NCBI RefSeq assembly: GCF_036321535.1
Contig: NC_087436.1
Span: forward strand, 119,910,001-119,974,000
From: Camelus dromedarius
Lineage: Eukaryota
DNA length: 64,000 nt
Direction: 5' to 3'
Positions 61,553-64,000 of the stretch are shown piece by piece. Numbering within the stretch: the first letter of the stretch is position 1; every line of letters begins with the position of its first letter. The notes beneath the pieces are model-generated. The model was not told the origin of the DNA. It saw only the letters and a program-made list of their open reading frames with translations, and searched no databases. The position numbers and the translations under genes are program-made.

Positions 61553-63839
61553 CTGGAGTGGTGATGACTGGACAGAATCAAATGTGATGAAATATGTCTC
61601 TTTTTTTTGACTTCAGTACTTTTTTGCTGAACAAAATTTTATACAAAAAGAGTGCTTCAGTAAATTGGATCAGGGAAGGCGGCTGGGCTGGGGGCCTGGG
61701 GCGCCCCTGACACCAGCTCGGCCTCGCAGGGGCAGAGGGACCTCTGAGCAAGGGCTTGGCCTGTCTGGAAAGTGGAGGCAATAACGGAACAGCTTCTCAG
61801 GGAGGAGCTGGTGACTGAATGCGCATAAAGTGCCCAGAGCAGCACCGCCCAGACCTGGGGGCCGCTCCCCACTGCTGCGATTACTGCCTGGCTGGTGGGT
61901 CCGTAAGCTGCCGTTAGCACACTGTGGCAGCTGACCTGTGGGCTAATGATCAGTGTAATCAGGGGTGACCTAATGACATGAAATCCCACCCCTGCCCCAG
62001 AGTGCAGCCCCTCACCCAGGTGGGCTCCCAAGGGGAAGATGCCCACGGAGCGGCTGTGGGGAAGGCTGAGGACCACCGTGCTCCCGCTGGGGCCTCCTCC
62101 CATCACCCACCGCCCCACCTCGTGCGCCTTCCGGAGAAGGAAGAGGTCAGAGAGGGAGCACGAGGGGTGGAGGGTGTCCCGCTCTTCCTCGAAGGGTGGG
62201 CTCGGGGCTCCCCCAAGGGCCCCTGAGCTGACTCAGGGTCACACTGCTGTACACCCACGGCCAGAAACCAGCATATGTCTGTGGGATCCCAAAGCCCTTT
62301 GTTCTCTGCCCTGCGGGGTTGCGTTTGTTTTAAAGAAAACCACCGCACAGTCAGAGAGGTGGGGAGCCCTTGTCACCGGAGGTATCCAAGCAAAGGGGCT
62401 AGGAAGCTACTGTGGCGATTCCAGTATCAGAAAGCAGACTGGTCCAGAGAGTGCGGTGGGGAGCCCCTGTCCCAGGAGGCGTCCAGCCGAGAGGCGGGGA
62501 CACGACCCCAGCAATTCCAGCATCAGAGATTGTGCCAGTCCAACTGGCCCTGTGTCGGCGCCGAGCCTCTGTGACCCCTGCTCCCTATTTCTGGGTGTCT
62601 CTGTGACTTGAGTGACGGGAGGGGCTGGATCTGCCCCGCGCAACCTCCCCCCACCCCGTCTCTCTTTGGTCGTGCCTGTGGGAGGGGTACAGCCAGGCCT
62701 CCATTCTGCATGCTGTGGGGTGGGGTCCTGGGAGACTTCTTGGTCTGGGAATTTCAACACTGGTGGTTCTGCCAGGGATCCAGAGCCTGGGTTCACAGCA
62801 GTCTCCATGTGACCTCCAAGAGCCCTGGGGAGACTCCTGCGGCAGGCTTCCTTCCCCGGGAACTTTAATTACATCATTACTCATTTGTGGTTGGAAGGAT
62901 GAGAAGAAACTGACACAAGAGACCCCTCATCTCTCCCGCGACCGCGAGCGTTTGTTTAGTTCACCTACCGCTTATGAGGCTTCTGTCCGAGAGGGGCCAG
63001 ACCCCAGGGCCACTCCCTGCCCCTAAGGCGTGGAAGCCACAGGACTCACTGGTGACTGATGGCACAGGCTAAGAGGACAGAAAGAAGGGATGGCAGATGT
63101 ACCATCTCTCATATCATCCTTTTCTGGGGACACCGGGGCCCGCCTCTGACCATCAGTGGCACTTGCCTGACCCTCACCATGTCTGCTCTTTGTGGCACTG
63201 CCCCGTGCCTGCCCTCTCTGGCCCGATCCTCCCTGGCACCGTGCTCTCTGGTCCTCACTCACCCCTGTGCCCCTTCCTCAGTCTCCCTCCCAGGTTCTCC
63301 TCCTGTAGAGACTGCTGGTGCCACCAGGGAAGCCGTGGGTCTGTTTCTTTACCACGTTCCTCCCAGTGCCCCAGGTGGGAGCCGGGGTCCTTCCGGACTC
63401 CTGGCTGCCCCGCCCAGCGGGCGTCCTGCGGGCGTCCGGTGCTGCCCGTCTCCCGTCTTTGCATCCTGTGGTCCTCCCCCCATCCCAGTCTGCTCCTCCC
63501 TTCCCGCTGGACCCGGCCCACCTCGCTCTCTCTCTGGTCTTGTCAGTGCCCTCTTCTCCGCCGTTGGTAAATGGCTGGACCCTCCTTGGAGTTTACGATC
63601 GCCCGCCTATGTGCTTCTTTGGTCATTATCTTGCCACTGGCCCGAGTGCTCCATGAAGCCAGGGACAACCAGGCTGCACCCAGTCTGCCCCAGCACCAGC
63701 CGACATAGGTCCCGGGACACACAAGCAAAGAGCAAAGGAAGGCAGTGTGCGCAGCGTGCGCCCCGCCCATCTCCGCAGTGTGTCCAGGCCACAGCTCCCA
63801 CCGTGTGACGTGGGTGGACACTGCCCTCTCCGGGACTCA

Positions 63840-63975
63840 TTGCTTCATCCATCAAAGGAGTAAAAATAGCAACCACCTCGTCGGAGGGTTGTCAACGGTG
63901 TGCAAAGCATTCAGTACAGTGCCTGGCATACAGTGAGCGCTCAGTACATGCCTCGTATGATTATTTTATCACCAA
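63840..63975 (+). mobile_element. MIR SINE 3' part
   Basis: aaagcattcagtacagtgcctggcatacagtgagcgctcagtacatg. Confidence 0.7.
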
Positions 63976-64000
63976 TGCTGTTATCTGCTCCACGTAGCTC

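Noticed and set aside
63059..63808. 249-aa Pro/Ser-rich ORF
   Set aside because: Low-complexity C-rich sequence with overlapping ORFs in several frames and no recognisable homology.

Overview
GC-rich mammalian non-coding DNA (intronic or intergenic). It is most likely camelid, because four copies of a tRNA-derived SINE resembling camelid Vic-1 are present. I recognise no protein-coding exon or RNA gene, and none of the listed ORFs looks like a real protein, so I cannot name the locus. The window holds L1, L2, MIR, MLT1, MER and ERV-LTR remnants, simple repeats and unique islands with regulatory motifs. The best-supported observations are: a perfect REST/NRSF RE1 silencer (25656-25676); a 5'-inverted L1 with a complex templated junction (1-1039); a ~130-bp dispersed duplication whose left copy has TSD-like flanks (45117-45245 vs 55912-56040); a G-rich minisatellite with higher-order structure inside an LTR-like element (~44066-44760); a 1.4-kb interrupted (TG)n array; and a young CCAAT-rich solo LTR with a 4-bp TSD. 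I found no evidence of a new multi-gene system. Repeat family names come from recalled consensus similarity, not from a search.
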